Assembly: GCA_002269645.1 (NCBI GenBank)
Contig: NIVC01000136.1
Location: 62,001 to 126,000 of the forward strand
Source of the DNA: Macrostomum lignano
Lineage: Eukaryota
DNA: 64,000 nt
Reading direction: 5' to 3'
A model generated the notes under the pieces. It was not told the origin of the DNA, ran no database searches, and saw only the letters and a list, made by a program, of their open reading frames with translations. Shown piece after piece: positions 23,822 through 64,000 of this stretch (position 1 is its first letter; every line of letters starts with the position of its first letter). The position numbers and the translations under genes are program-made.

Positions 23822-24442
23822 TCATCTCCTGGCTTTCTTAGACGCCAGGCTGCTGCCGCCGGCGCTGCCACCGGCCACTGAGTCGCCAGCGTCGCTGCTG
23901 GGCGCCGGTGAGTGGCTCCGACTGGACGGGGCCGCCTGCGGCGACGCAGTGCCACGGGGAGGTCGGCCGCGCTTCCTCGGCTGAACCGACGGCTCGGCGA
24001 GGGCGCCCGCAGGCGACGCGGAGCGGGCGGAGCCGGCAGCGGACAAGCCGAACACCCTTGGAAAGTCCATGGCTAGCACGGGTTTCCAATCCGGCGAATC
24101 AATTGGCAGAGAAAATTCAACGTCCTTGTTAGGGAAGGGCAGCACCTCGGAGTCGTGCAGGGCCGGCATGGAGTACAGGCCGTCCAGGAGGGTCCACACG
24201 GACCGGATGGACACCGGCGGGAGGCCGCGGTCCCGCTGCGCAGCGTTCAGCTTCTCGGTGATGTACAGCATCTGGAAGTGCCGGTCAACACCTACGGGTT
24301 TGTGGCCGCGGAGTGCCACGAACAGGTTCATCTCCTGCTCGATGGGCCAGGCCGGCTGCTGCTGTTGCTGCTTCTGCTTTTGAGCATCGCCTCCCGCAAG
24401 CGAACCCGAGCTGCTGCCTTTAGTCATCGCACTGGATAGCAT
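23822..24442 (-). CDS. MRGBP: MRG/MORF4L-binding protein (Eaf7/CT20 family, NuA4/TIP60 subunit), intronless
   Basis: WPIEQEMNLFVALRGHKPVGVDRHFQMLYI...SVWTLLDGLYSMPALHDSEVLPFPN..EFSLP matches the Eaf7/MRGBP signature. Confidence 0.9.
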   Translation of the reverse strand: MLSSAMTKGSSSGSLAGGDAQKQKQQQQQPAWPIEQEMNLFVALRGHKPVGVDRHFQMLYITEKLNAAQRDRGLPPVSIRSVWTLLDGLYSMPALHDSEVLPFPNKDVEFSLPIDSPDWKPVLAMDFPRVFGLSAAGSARSASPAGALAEPSVQPRKRGRPPRGTASPQAAPSSRSHSPAPSSDAGDSVAGGSAGGSSLASKKARR

Positions 24443-24553
24443 GAATGTATCAGTAGTAAAATACCCTTCGTTAAATATACTTTCGATACATATCGGCTTA
24501 AAAAATCTAATTCTCTACTTATACTACTGAGAATAAAAAGTAGTCTTATTTGA

Positions 24554-25457
24554 ATGTGACTGTCTCAGCGTACTGCAGAGCGCACTGGGGTCAGTGATAC
24601 GCAGAGCAGCATAGAAAAAGTCAGTCCAGCTTCTTCAGCTTCATCTGCCACAGCTAGGGAACGCCTCAGACAGCTATTTGAGAATTTAACAAGCTGACTA
24701 GGAGCTGTCTGTGTACAAAAATATTTGCAAAAACAAAGACCCTAGGAAACCTATTGATTACAGCATTGGTGCCACAAAAAATAAAAGCCCCTAATTGACT
24801 GCGTACTAACCGCGATTAAGCTTGCTTAACCTAGTACTTAAACAATAACGATATGATATTACTACTTTGATTCTAGGGCACTGGTAGTGAGAAACAAGAG
24901 TGCATGTGGCTGTCTCAGCGTACTGCAGGGCGCACTGGGGTCAGTGATACGCAGAGCAGCATAGAAAAAGTCAGCCCAGCATCTTAAAGCTTCATCTGCC
25001 ACAGCTAGGGAACGCCTCAGAGAGCCAATTTAACAATACAGGCTGACTGGGAGCTGTATGTGGTTAAATTATCATTGAAAAAACAGAGCCGTAATTCTTT
25101 TAGGTTAATTTTTTTATACATATCGGTAGAATAAAAAATTTCAGCAAGCCTACCGATTCCATCGTTGGTGCCACATAAATTAAAAGGCCCTATTTGACTA
25201 CGTACTAACCGCGATTAGGCTTGCTTAACCTACTTAAACATAAGGATATGATATTTATTACTTTTGATTCTAGGACACTGATATAGAGACACTAGAGTGC
25301 ATGTGGCTGTCTCAGGGTACTGCAGAGCGCACTGGGGTCAGTGAGACGCAGAGCAGCATAGAAAAAGTCAGCCCAGCTTCCTCAGCTTCATCTGCCACAG
25401 CTAGGGAACGCCTCAGACAGCTATTTGAAATTCAGCTGACTGGGAGCTGTCCGTGGT
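24554..25457 (+). repeat. Tandem array of three core copies (24554, 24904, 25301) with 5S-like spacers
   Basis: Unit length about 350-400 bp. The core is conserved and the spacers are diverged. Confidence 0.9.
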
Positions 25458-26250
25458 ATGCTTCAGTTGTTTCAGTCTACCTATGCAGCTAGCTAAGGTG
25501 CAAGATACAAGAAAATGAATTATAATATTGAAGACAAACGCAGACTTGAATGACGCTAATCACCGCGATGAAGATCTACTAGAAACTGATGACAGTTTTA
25601 TTAGTTAAAGCCTGAATAACAGTAGACAATAGATAATAATATACATGTAGTAAAGTAGTAAGAGTAAAGAACCAAAATTCCAATAAAGTATTTTCAGTTT
25701 GAGAGAATAATAAAAAATACGAGTTAACACCGCGCAAGAAAATCAGGTGCAGTTCTATATTACTTCAAGTAGCTTGATATAGTAGTCTAATCTAAATATA
25801 AATTGTCTGTTTATGAAATAGGACAATTAAGCGTAAAAATTGAGGGATTAATAGCATCGCTTCTAGAGAGAGTTCTTAGATAGAATAAAACACAAACGAA
25901 CAAAACTAGTAGGTAAATAATATCTAATAAAGTAATAATAAATATAGTAATAAATATTGCAATAAATAGGTCAACACAGTTGGTTATAAATAGAATCATG
26001 GAACAAGCAGTCGAATTTGTTTAACACTATCTCGTTTATATTAACTGATTATTGCTGATAGATTTTTGTTAAATAAAATTTTGAGTATAATTTAAACAAA
26101 ATTTCGAACAGCTTTTTTAATTTCCATTATTTTGCTTTTTTGGGTTTGAAAATGGCGCTAAAGAATCTATGATTAGTTAGTTAGTATTTTGTTATTAATA
26201 TATAAGGATGAGTTATAAATATGATTATGATCCATACTAGTCAGTTAAAA

Positions 26251-55811
<29,561 letters not shown>

Positions 55812-57369
55812 CTCTACTTTTAAACTGCTTAATTTAGAGCTAGTCAAGCGGGTAAGCCAAAGGCCTTAGAAATAATGTAAAAGAAATTGCAAAGGATTAC
55901 TTTAATTATTTTGAAGAGTGAATCACTGCGGATTAAGTTTCTGCTCAATTTTAAAGCGATCAAAGCGATCTGGCGTAGTTGATTATAACTAAAACAAGTT
56001 AAGACAACTTGTTTTATTTAGGGAATACTTCTGAAAACTGACACAACAGATTAAATTTAAAAAGAATCAAATACAACTGTTTTGCATTAAAAGCAAAAAT
56101 TGTATTTTTTTAACTACCTGAAGTTTCCCATTCAATTTGTTCTAGTTGCATATAAGAATAAAAAATAGAAGAAAAGACGTAAGAACAAAAAATTAACATT
56201 GAATGCTATTTTTCTGAACGAAAAGCGTTATGAATATCGATAGAGCTATGAGAAAGACACAGCATATCAAAAGATGAACAAACACTGCAGATCTAGCTGC
56301 CTCCTATCAAAAAGCAATAACAATTTCTGGGAAGGCAGCAGGTGAGCATTGAGCGACTTTAAACGGCTTCGTCAGTAAGTGAATGCAGACCTTCCGTGCA
56401 GCTGGACCACTCCGCGGTTTTAAGTGGTTTGCCGAATCTCGATGTGGCGGACGGAGGCTGGATGATAAAGAGCGCTGCAGCGGCGGGCGGGCCCATGCCT
56501 CCGCAGTAAGCGAAGTGAATGTTGCACCCATTTATTCGGACCATATACGAGCTAAATGATTAGGATGATGCCTGAAGGTATAACTGTGCCCAGTAGAGGC
56601 AGAATTGTGGGCATCTCATCGGGAGCCATGTTCGCACGATTTCTGAAAAAGAAAAAGAAAAAAATTCTGAACGCTAGGTGCCTCATCACCTGATGGAGGA
56701 ACAATTAAGAAGGCTCGGGTGGCTTCGTGCCAAGCCATGCTCGATCGACAGATTCGATGGTGGCCGCTCAAACTCAGTCTGAGAAATCGTCAGTGGTGAC
56801 GAATCCTAGATCTACGTACAGTTTTGACTTGAAGAACGAGCAGCAGTCGGCCTAGTGGACACCAGTTGGCGGCGTCCCACCATATTAAGCTGCAGCGAGA
56901 GCGCTGCGTGACAAAGCAGATGTTGGCCGTTTTTGTGACGAAAGTCGGTCATCTAGCGACCGTGCCACTTGTGCAGCAGCCAGGGGTGTCGGAACCGCCC
57001 CCCCCCCCACTTTTTAGCATGATCCGCAGTGCCTTTTTTAATTTCAAGCAAGTGTCGGCCAGTTTTCGGCTTTGGCTTTCTTAGTCTTGGAAGCTGTGGG
57101 TACCAGCTGATACTTCATGTTGTTCTTAATCCCATTCCACTACAGTTTTTATCTAATGTGCCTAAGCGTAGTGCTTTTAGTCCAGATGTCAGCAAACATT
57201 TACCTCAAGGGCCAGATTGAGAACAGCGCATGACTGCCCTTCTGGGTCAGCCTCGCTGGACCCCCTAAGCGAAACGCGCGCCCAGGAGTCCCTGATGACT
57301 GCGGGCTATAGGGAGAGAGGATAGGGAATAGAGAAGAGAAATACGAGCGCAGGAGAAAGGAGAGGCGAA

Positions 57370-58240
57370 GAGGTAAAGAGAAGAGAGTAGACGAGAAGAG
57401 AGATAAAAAAGGAGAGGAGAGAATGGAGAAGAGAATGGAGAGGAAACGGGAAATGAGAGGAGAGGAGAGAGGTGAGGAGACCGGAGGAGAGGAGAGGAGA
57501 GAGGTGAGGTGATAAAAGGAGATGAGAGAGAGGAAAGGAGAGAGGTGAGGAGATGAGAGGAGAGGAGAGAGGTGAGATGAGATGAGAGGAGAGAGGTGAG
57601 ATGAGAGGAGAGGAGAGAGGTGAGATGAGATGAGAGGAGAGAGGTGAGGAGACCGGAGGAGAGGAGAGGAGAGAGGTGAGGTGATAAAAGGAGATGAGAG
57701 AGAGGAAAGGAGAGAGGTGAGGAGATGAGAGGAGAGGAGAGAGGTGAGATGAGAGGAGAGGAGATAGATGACGAGATAAAAGGAGATGAGAGGAGAGAAA
57801 AAAGGGGAGGAGATTAGAAGAGAGGAGAGAAGTGAGGAGATAAGAGGAGAGGAGAGGAGGGGAAAGGAGAGGAGAGGAGAGGAGAGGAGAGGAGAGGAGA
57901 GGAGAGGAAAAGGGAGAGGAGAGGAGAGGAGAGGAGAGGAGAGGAGAGGAGAGGAGAGGAGAGGAGAGGAGAGGAGAGGAGAGGAGAGGAGAGGAGAGGA
58001 GAGGAGAGGAGAGGAGAGGAGAGGAGAGGAGAGGAGAGGAGAGGAAAAGGGAGAGGAGAGGAGAGGAGAGGAGAGGAGAGGAGAGGAAAAGGGAGAGGAG
58101 AGGAGAGGAGAGGAGAGGAGAGGAGAGGAGAGGAGAGGAGAGGAGAGGAGAGGAGAGGAAAAGGGAGAGGAGAGGAGAGGAGAGGAGAGGAGAGGAGAGG
58201 ACAGGAGAATATGAGAAGAGAGAGGTGAGGGAAGAGAGCT
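57370..58240. repeat. GA-rich microsatellite / low-complexity region, (ggaga)n
   Basis: Pure purine tract including a long perfect pentamer run. Confidence 0.97.
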
Positions 58241-59123
58241 GAGAAGAGACACGAACATCGAGCGGGCCGGATTGCTATTGTGAAGATTCAAAGGACTCAA
58301 TCCCTTTTACTTTGGCATCTCTGATCAAATTCCGAGTCCGCCGCAAATCCCAAGACTTAAACCGCTTCTGGCGCTGCAACTAAAAGCACTAAAAATGGCG
58401 TCAGATAAAAGAAGAGACAGCGCCAAGAGGAACTGAAGGAGGCAGCCAAGAGATCCAGAAAATTACTGGTCTTGCCCTGGCAATTTTATTCATTTGAGAT
58501 ATTTACTAAATAAACTGTTAGTGCAGTGCAGTTTATTTAGTAAGAATTTTCAATTGAATCAATTGAAAATTCAAACATTTTTCAGACTCTTGGCCACTTC
58601 CAACACAGAATTGAATATTGGCCTGGTTGTCTCAATTAGTGTCACTAGCTAACTGACATAACAGCAGGAGTTAGGGTGCCTGTGAATTAAAAAAATCATG
58701 TGCAATGTCAATGTGCCCTCCCACCAATAGCCCCCACCAAGGACTCAAGCTCGGTGTGTGCTTCTTTATCACAACGCCCCGCCGACAAGTCCAGACACGT
58801 GGTCGAATTCCTGGCTGGAGAACACATTTATAAGAAGTTAGCCATCCACCCTACAGCGCAGACATTCAACTTTTACTAAAGAATATAAAGAGTTTACTAA
58901 ATAATAAACTGCATGTAATTTGAGGATTTGAGCAAAACTAGGCATGGATGCCACACTCTGAATCTGCTTGTATAATAATTTGTTTGTGGTAAAACGTGCC
59001 AGACATTTATCTACATGTACATGAGCATGAAGCGCTGAAAATCTAGTATTTCTCTATGAAAAACTTGCATGCCAATCGAAAAAAATAATTTCGATTTTTC
59101 AATTATTTCACAGATAAAAAGCC

Positions 59124-59468
59124 ATGAGCGAAGTCGAGACCGAACCAAAAAGTTCAACAGTGAGCCAAGTAGATGACTTCTTCGTGAATGTCCAAATCCA
59201 CTTTAGTCAGGCGTTTCGAGACCAGTTCGACCTGCTAGTGCACGGCATCTACGTTGAGAAAATCACAGGCAACATGTCCATCCAGGGGTTCGAAGTCGAC
59301 CGGGACAGGTTCGGGCACAACCGGTTCGATGTGCTGGTGAACGACCGGATCATCTTCACGCGCACTCTGCGGCCCTACCTGAACACTCCAAGAACGGACG
59401 ACGTTGTTAGACAGGTGCGCAATCAGTATGGCGGCTCGCCTGTCTTTGAAATTGACCGGTCAAATTAA
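59124..59468 (+). CDS. Small intronless protein, possibly Rdx (SelW/SelT/MIEN1-like) thioredoxin fold lacking the CxxC/U motif
   Basis: ATG-initiated 114-aa ORF with coding-like codons in AT-rich surroundings. RFDVLVNDRIIFTR...P.TDDVVRQVR resembles the FEI.vNG.LvFSK...FP...dli.aI motif of Rdx proteins. Confidence 0.45.
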   Translation: MSEVETEPKSSTVSQVDDFFVNVQIHFSQAFRDQFDLLVHGIYVEKITGNMSIQGFEVDRDRFGHNRFDVLVNDRIIFTRTLRPYLNTPRTDDVVRQVRNQYGGSPVFEIDRSN

Positions 59469-60199
59469 TGACATTTGTGTAAGAAGATCGAATTAAGTTG
59501 GACTATCAGTATGGCGGCTCGCCTGTCTTTGAGATTGACCGGTCAAATTAATGAAATTTGTGTAAGAAGATCGAATTAAGTTGGACTTACAGGCTCAAGG
59601 TCACGAAACGAACGGAAGAAACGGATCAGTAAAAACAGTTTAAACAATTTAACTTGATTGGTTTGGCTTGTGGTTTAAATATAATGACAATGTATACATA
59701 CATGTATTTATTTGTTGCAATTTTTTTGTGATTACTGCATATTGTTTCCAAACGATGTACATTCATAACTCACAATTTCATTTACAAGCGCATATGAGCG
59801 TGCAGTGAAAGGTTGTTAATGCAGTAATTAAGGTTTTACAGTTAAGAAAATTTTGATTGTATGAACGCCGATCATAAAAAAGACTCATCGGGAGGAATGG
59901 CAAGAAATTGTTAGGGCTACGAGTACTGTAGGGAGGGTACGTGTTGAACTTTTAAAGAATCGCTGTGTCAACAATTTATGATTTATGGGGAAACAGCTAA
60001 AGATGTCAAGGGGAATAGCAAGCTGCCAAGTGTCAATTGGGAGTTTTTGGTGGGCCAAGCATAGAAGGGACATTTAGGGGTTAAGCCATGGCTTAAGGAG
60101 AAGAATTGATGCTAAAGCTCAAATGGGATGCTGTAATCTTCGGCTAGTAGCTGCACCTTTTGCTTTAGACATAATTTTCCCTAAGAAACTAACAATATA

Positions 60200-60400
60200 C
60201 ATGAAAATGAATACGACATCAATACGACATTGCGACATACATACGATGTAAAAACGACGTAGATACAATATCGAAACGACATACATACGACGTCGAAACG
60301 ATATAAATACGATGTCGAAACGACGTAGTAGGGCGGGGACAAACCACGACGTCGAAACGATATCGCAAAACGACGTCGTTTCGACATCGTTTTTCCCAGT
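60200..60400. repeat. CpG-rich degenerate acgacgtcgaaacgatat repeats ending at cccagtggg, probably a transposon subterminal remnant
   Basis: Clustered palindromic GACGTC/CGATATCG motifs. Only one end is visible. Confidence 0.45.
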
Positions 60401-61646
60401 GGGAGTGACGGTGCAAACTCAAAAGCTACATATAGTTTATTAAAAATTCCACTCCTTTCTAATTGTTGCCTTCCTAACGTGAGCCGCGAAGATAGCTACA
60501 CTAGCCAGTCACAATTCTAAAATTTGGAGCTTGTGCAAAGGCGACTCGTTTCAATATGAAATATGTGCAGCACGTTCAAACACGGGAAATATGCAGTATT
60601 TAATGAAAAAAGATTTCTTAAATCTGAAAATTAGATTTCTTATCAACAAAGCCATCAAATTAGTTTGGTAATGCGTAAGCCACAAAATTATTTGAAACAT
60701 TTGTCTATAATATATTTGTATTTATAACTGCATGCATTCGCGCTGCTACAGGACCAGTGCGGTTTGTGAGAGTTCATTTCGTTTTCGAGAAGCAACACGG
60801 TGATTTTTGCAATTTTGTATTTTGTTATTGTGCTTCTTGGTTGTAGACGATGCAAAATACAAAATGTGTTTAGAGTACAAAGTTCTGCAGAGAGTAAGCA
60901 AGATTATGCAATAAATTTCAACAGCAACCGTAAATTATAGCAAAATGAGGCTGCAAGAATTAGTTGGTTTGCAAATTTCTATGCAAGAAGCACTCCAAGC
61001 AAGCTGATGAATGTGACTGTTTGAGTAGAGTTTGCCAGAGCAGAGTATAGAAAACAATCTGATAAATTTATTGAGAACAGCTATGAGTAACAAGCAGAGT
61101 AAGAACTGTGACTCATGTGAGCGTACCACAGGACAAGTGCAAGCCAAAGGCCTGAGAGAGCGAATGAGCTTTAAACTTGAGTTAGCCGTGCACTGATATT
61201 CGCACTTCTCCCAAACGAGTCGGGCACAAAGCCTGTCTGTCAAAGTTGAATGTAATTTAGTTTGCAACATCTCGCAATGGAAGCTGGAAGGATTAGCATG
61301 GACCGACAGAATCTGCTAGCGGAGATCAACAAGCTGGTACAGTGGCGGTCATTTGGTGCCAAAAAATAGACTGGGAAAAACGAATTATAAAGCTATCTTC
61401 TAATCGTTGGGATGGGCGACCTTTCTATTGTACTTGAATTATTCTTACACAGGACTGAGTTGCGGAACAAGAGGCCTAATTCTAGCTGTTTAGCTGAACG
61501 GGGCTTGCCTAGAAGTACAGTCAGACAACAAGCGTAATTAAATCGGCTGATCTCTCCCGGATGCATAGTCTTTTCCAGAGACTGAACTCAGCTACAGTGA
61601 GAAACTGATCAGCTTAACCGGTGCGTCAAGGAGCAGCAGAGAGTCT

Positions 61647-62627
61647 TCATTCCTCGCCGCTATCTGTGGCGCCCCCACTGCCTCCGATGCCGCCGCCGCC
61701 CCCTCCCGGGCCGCCGCTGCCGCAACCGACGCAGACTCCATGGCCGGCATTTGGCGACCCTGCTGGCTCCTCGGTTCGTAAAACCGTCAGCACAGTCTCG
61801 CCGACGGCACATTTCAGCGCCGACACGGCCTCCGCGTGGGTGACGCCCGCCAGAGGCCGGCCGTTCACCGACAAGATCTCGTCGCCGCGGAATAGCCGAC
61901 CTCGCGCCGGACTGTCGTGCGAGACGGACTTGACGCAGACGGGGAACTCGCCCTGCTCGCAGTCGCGCCCGCCGACGATGCTGAAGCCCAGCAGCTGGCC
62001 AGCGGAACGAACGACGGTGACGTTCATCAGCCAGACGGTGCGCTGATAGCGTCGAAAGACGAGCACCGCCGTGCCAGAACGGAAGCTGGCTTCGCGCAGC
62101 TGTTTGGCTGCGTCGGCCAGTAGTTTGTCGTCGACTTGATTGCCGTTGATGCTGAGTAGCTCGTCTCCGGGCTGTTGGCATTGGGAATGGTGAGTCAAGC
62201 GGAGACTTTGTTTATGGCAGAGTACAGTGTGAAAATTTTGCTGTTTCGTATCAACACTTCGCATCGCTGACTCCAAGCTAAACTTACTACAGTAGATCTG
62301 TAATATGTTATGCTTGGTATGCAACGTCTCTAACCACTAGGAAGTTTCAATACAAGCTAAAACTATAGGACATTATCCAAAGAAGTGCCGAAGAAAACTC
62401 ACCAGAATCTTGCCGCTCTTCGCGGCGGCACCTTTAGGCGTTAGGCTGGCGACGAAGATGCCCAAAGTTTTGTCGCCGCAACAGTCGGAATGGAAAGTTT
62501 GCTGAGCCACCACTGAGTGAAGGGGCGCGTGACACGGATGCGTGGTCTGCAGGGCGAGGCCGTAGCTGTCCGGCAGTTTGTCGGTCTTGCGCAGAGAGAC
62601 TTGGAAGTGGGTGTACTCTGTCCGCAT
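61647..62627 (-). CDS. Tandem PDZ-domain protein (exons about 62627-62403 and 62171-61647; the 5' end may extend further)
   Basis: The in-frame splice CTG|gtgag...caacag|CCC gives TLGIFVASLTPKGAAAKSGKILPGDELLSING. A second PDZ reads LLGFSIVGGRD...VCVKSVSHDSPARGRLFRGDEILSVNG...VTHAEAVSALK. Confidence 0.85.
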
Positions 62628-64000
62628 GGGATTCGGGTGGGAATGAGAAGCAGGTTTGTGCGAGAGCATTCTGATGCTTCTGGACCAATGCTAACTTTTT
62701 CTTCAGCTGTATTTACCACGAGACTAAATGCTGAATTCACAATCTCCTCGGGTTCGAGTCCCGGTTCGATCTGGTCTAGAATTTATTCCTTGCAAATGGA
62801 CCGAATGAAGCGCCAAAATACTCATCTGAATGTGTTCTCAAAGAAACAGGACTGTCAGGAACCAGTCAGAATCTGTTGCCCCGGGTGATTGTGAATGTAG
62901 CCTAAGCCTTCATCAATAAATGCTATCTGATTATTTTGTATGCATTAAAAGTAACGCAAAAATTGAAACGAAGTTTTGAAAACAATTAATGGTGTCTTGT
63001 GCAAGAACCGAACAGTTTGAAGCATCTCCCGGCACATGTGGCTATAGCGGTGGAGTAGTGAGTTAGTGTCTTTTTTTAGTCACAACCGGTTGCATGTTTT
63101 TCAAGTGCAGCCATTTAGTTCTCGCAGTTTTTATTCACTTGTGAACAAATTTGTGCAACACTTTTGTTGCGTTTGTGCAAAATAATCCTTCCACAATAGG
63201 GATTAGTAAATTTGAAAATGACTGGACAAAACAAAGGAGGCCTATAGCTGTTAAATAGGATTTCTATGAAAGCAATGGGAACGGTAGATAGACTACGCGA
63301 CGGTTGCAAGAATTAGGGGGGATACTTTTAACCGATAAAACAGCTATAAAAGTATAGTATAGATTAATGTTATTACATAAGAACTCTATAGGGCTGTATT
63401 CAGTTGAAGGCAAGATAGTCAGACTTAATAATGGCATATTTTAATCGACTGTATGATCTAAGCAGAAACGATAAGCGATGATACAGTAGTTCAGAGCTTG
63501 ATTGACACATCTGCATACACAACTTGCAATATCCGAACTAAACTATCAAAGTTCCATTATTATTAGATAGATATAGAAAGTATTAGCATACAAACAGGAG
63601 ATTCAGACAACAGGATGCATGCGATACATTAGAAAAATAAATATTTTTGCGCAGCTGGTCGGCACTGAAGATTTGGGCTGCTGACTGAGTTACACGGTTT
63701 ATAATTGCAAGTGACAATTTGCTAGAAGAGTACATTTAGTTGCTAAGGATACTGGAAGTGAGTAATCTGAGTTTGAACATAAAATTAAAACCAAGTACTT
63801 GGAAAATAATAAACATCTGAGGGATCAGTGAGTGCCTGTGACCTGTGGCATGAGTATCCGTGTGAATCTGAGCAATTTGTGCTCAAGCATTGTGATGGCA
63901 ATATAGCTGAAAAGTGTTGTACTGTAAGTAGCTACCTGTGAGTTTTACGCCATCGCGTTGGGTCGGTCAGGTTGGTCTGCGCTCTTCAGCCTGATTCTAT

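Noticed and set aside
25301-25492. Core repeat read as a micro-ORF MWLSQRTAG...
   Set aside because: Copies at 18562 and 20567 have early stops and others have frameshifts, so there is no coding constraint.
56300-56700. Possible divergent gene or mariner fragment upstream of dynein
   Set aside because: Short ORFs without recognisable motifs, and the transposase resemblance is too weak.
57255-57310. GAAA...GTC...CTGATGA suggesting a type II hammerhead
   Set aside because: No stem I and only about 2 bp of stem III.
57200-58300. 366-aa SPLLS ORF
   Set aside because: (ggaga)n microsatellite.

Overview
Eukaryotic (invertebrate animal) genomic DNA. GC-rich exons alternate with AT-rich, minisatellite-laden introns. 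A free-living flatworm such as Macrostomum is my guess, not something shown here. Almost all genes lie on the minus strand: a two-exon ankyrin-repeat gene, a secreted fibrinogen-domain (FReD) gene with an unusual duplicated N-terminal module, a C6orf163-like coiled-coil gene, MRGBP/Eaf7, a complete cytoplasmic dynein-1 heavy chain gene (about 26.2-55.8 kb, with a 7,080-bp exon) and a multi-PDZ gene. One plus-strand ORF resembles a cysteine-less Rdx/SelW-fold protein. The best lead is in the dynein gene. It carries two tandem 196-bp exons in the same phase, absent from the ORF track as a pair, that encode alternative versions of the microtubule-binding domain (mutually exclusive exons). It also carries a hidden alternative exon after AAA6 that could give a motor lacking the C-terminal cap. 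Together these suggest one gene may build mechanically different dynein motors by splicing. The second lead is an unclassified repeat system: 14 co-oriented copies of a structured ~160-nt core, alternating with degenerate 5S-rRNA-like segments and followed by 66-bp hairpin arrays and a GC-rich tail. hAT MITEs, a Tc1-like relic, a CORE-type SINE and RNase H-bearing LINE fragments are also present. All exon boundaries were read by eye and need RNA-seq confirmation.
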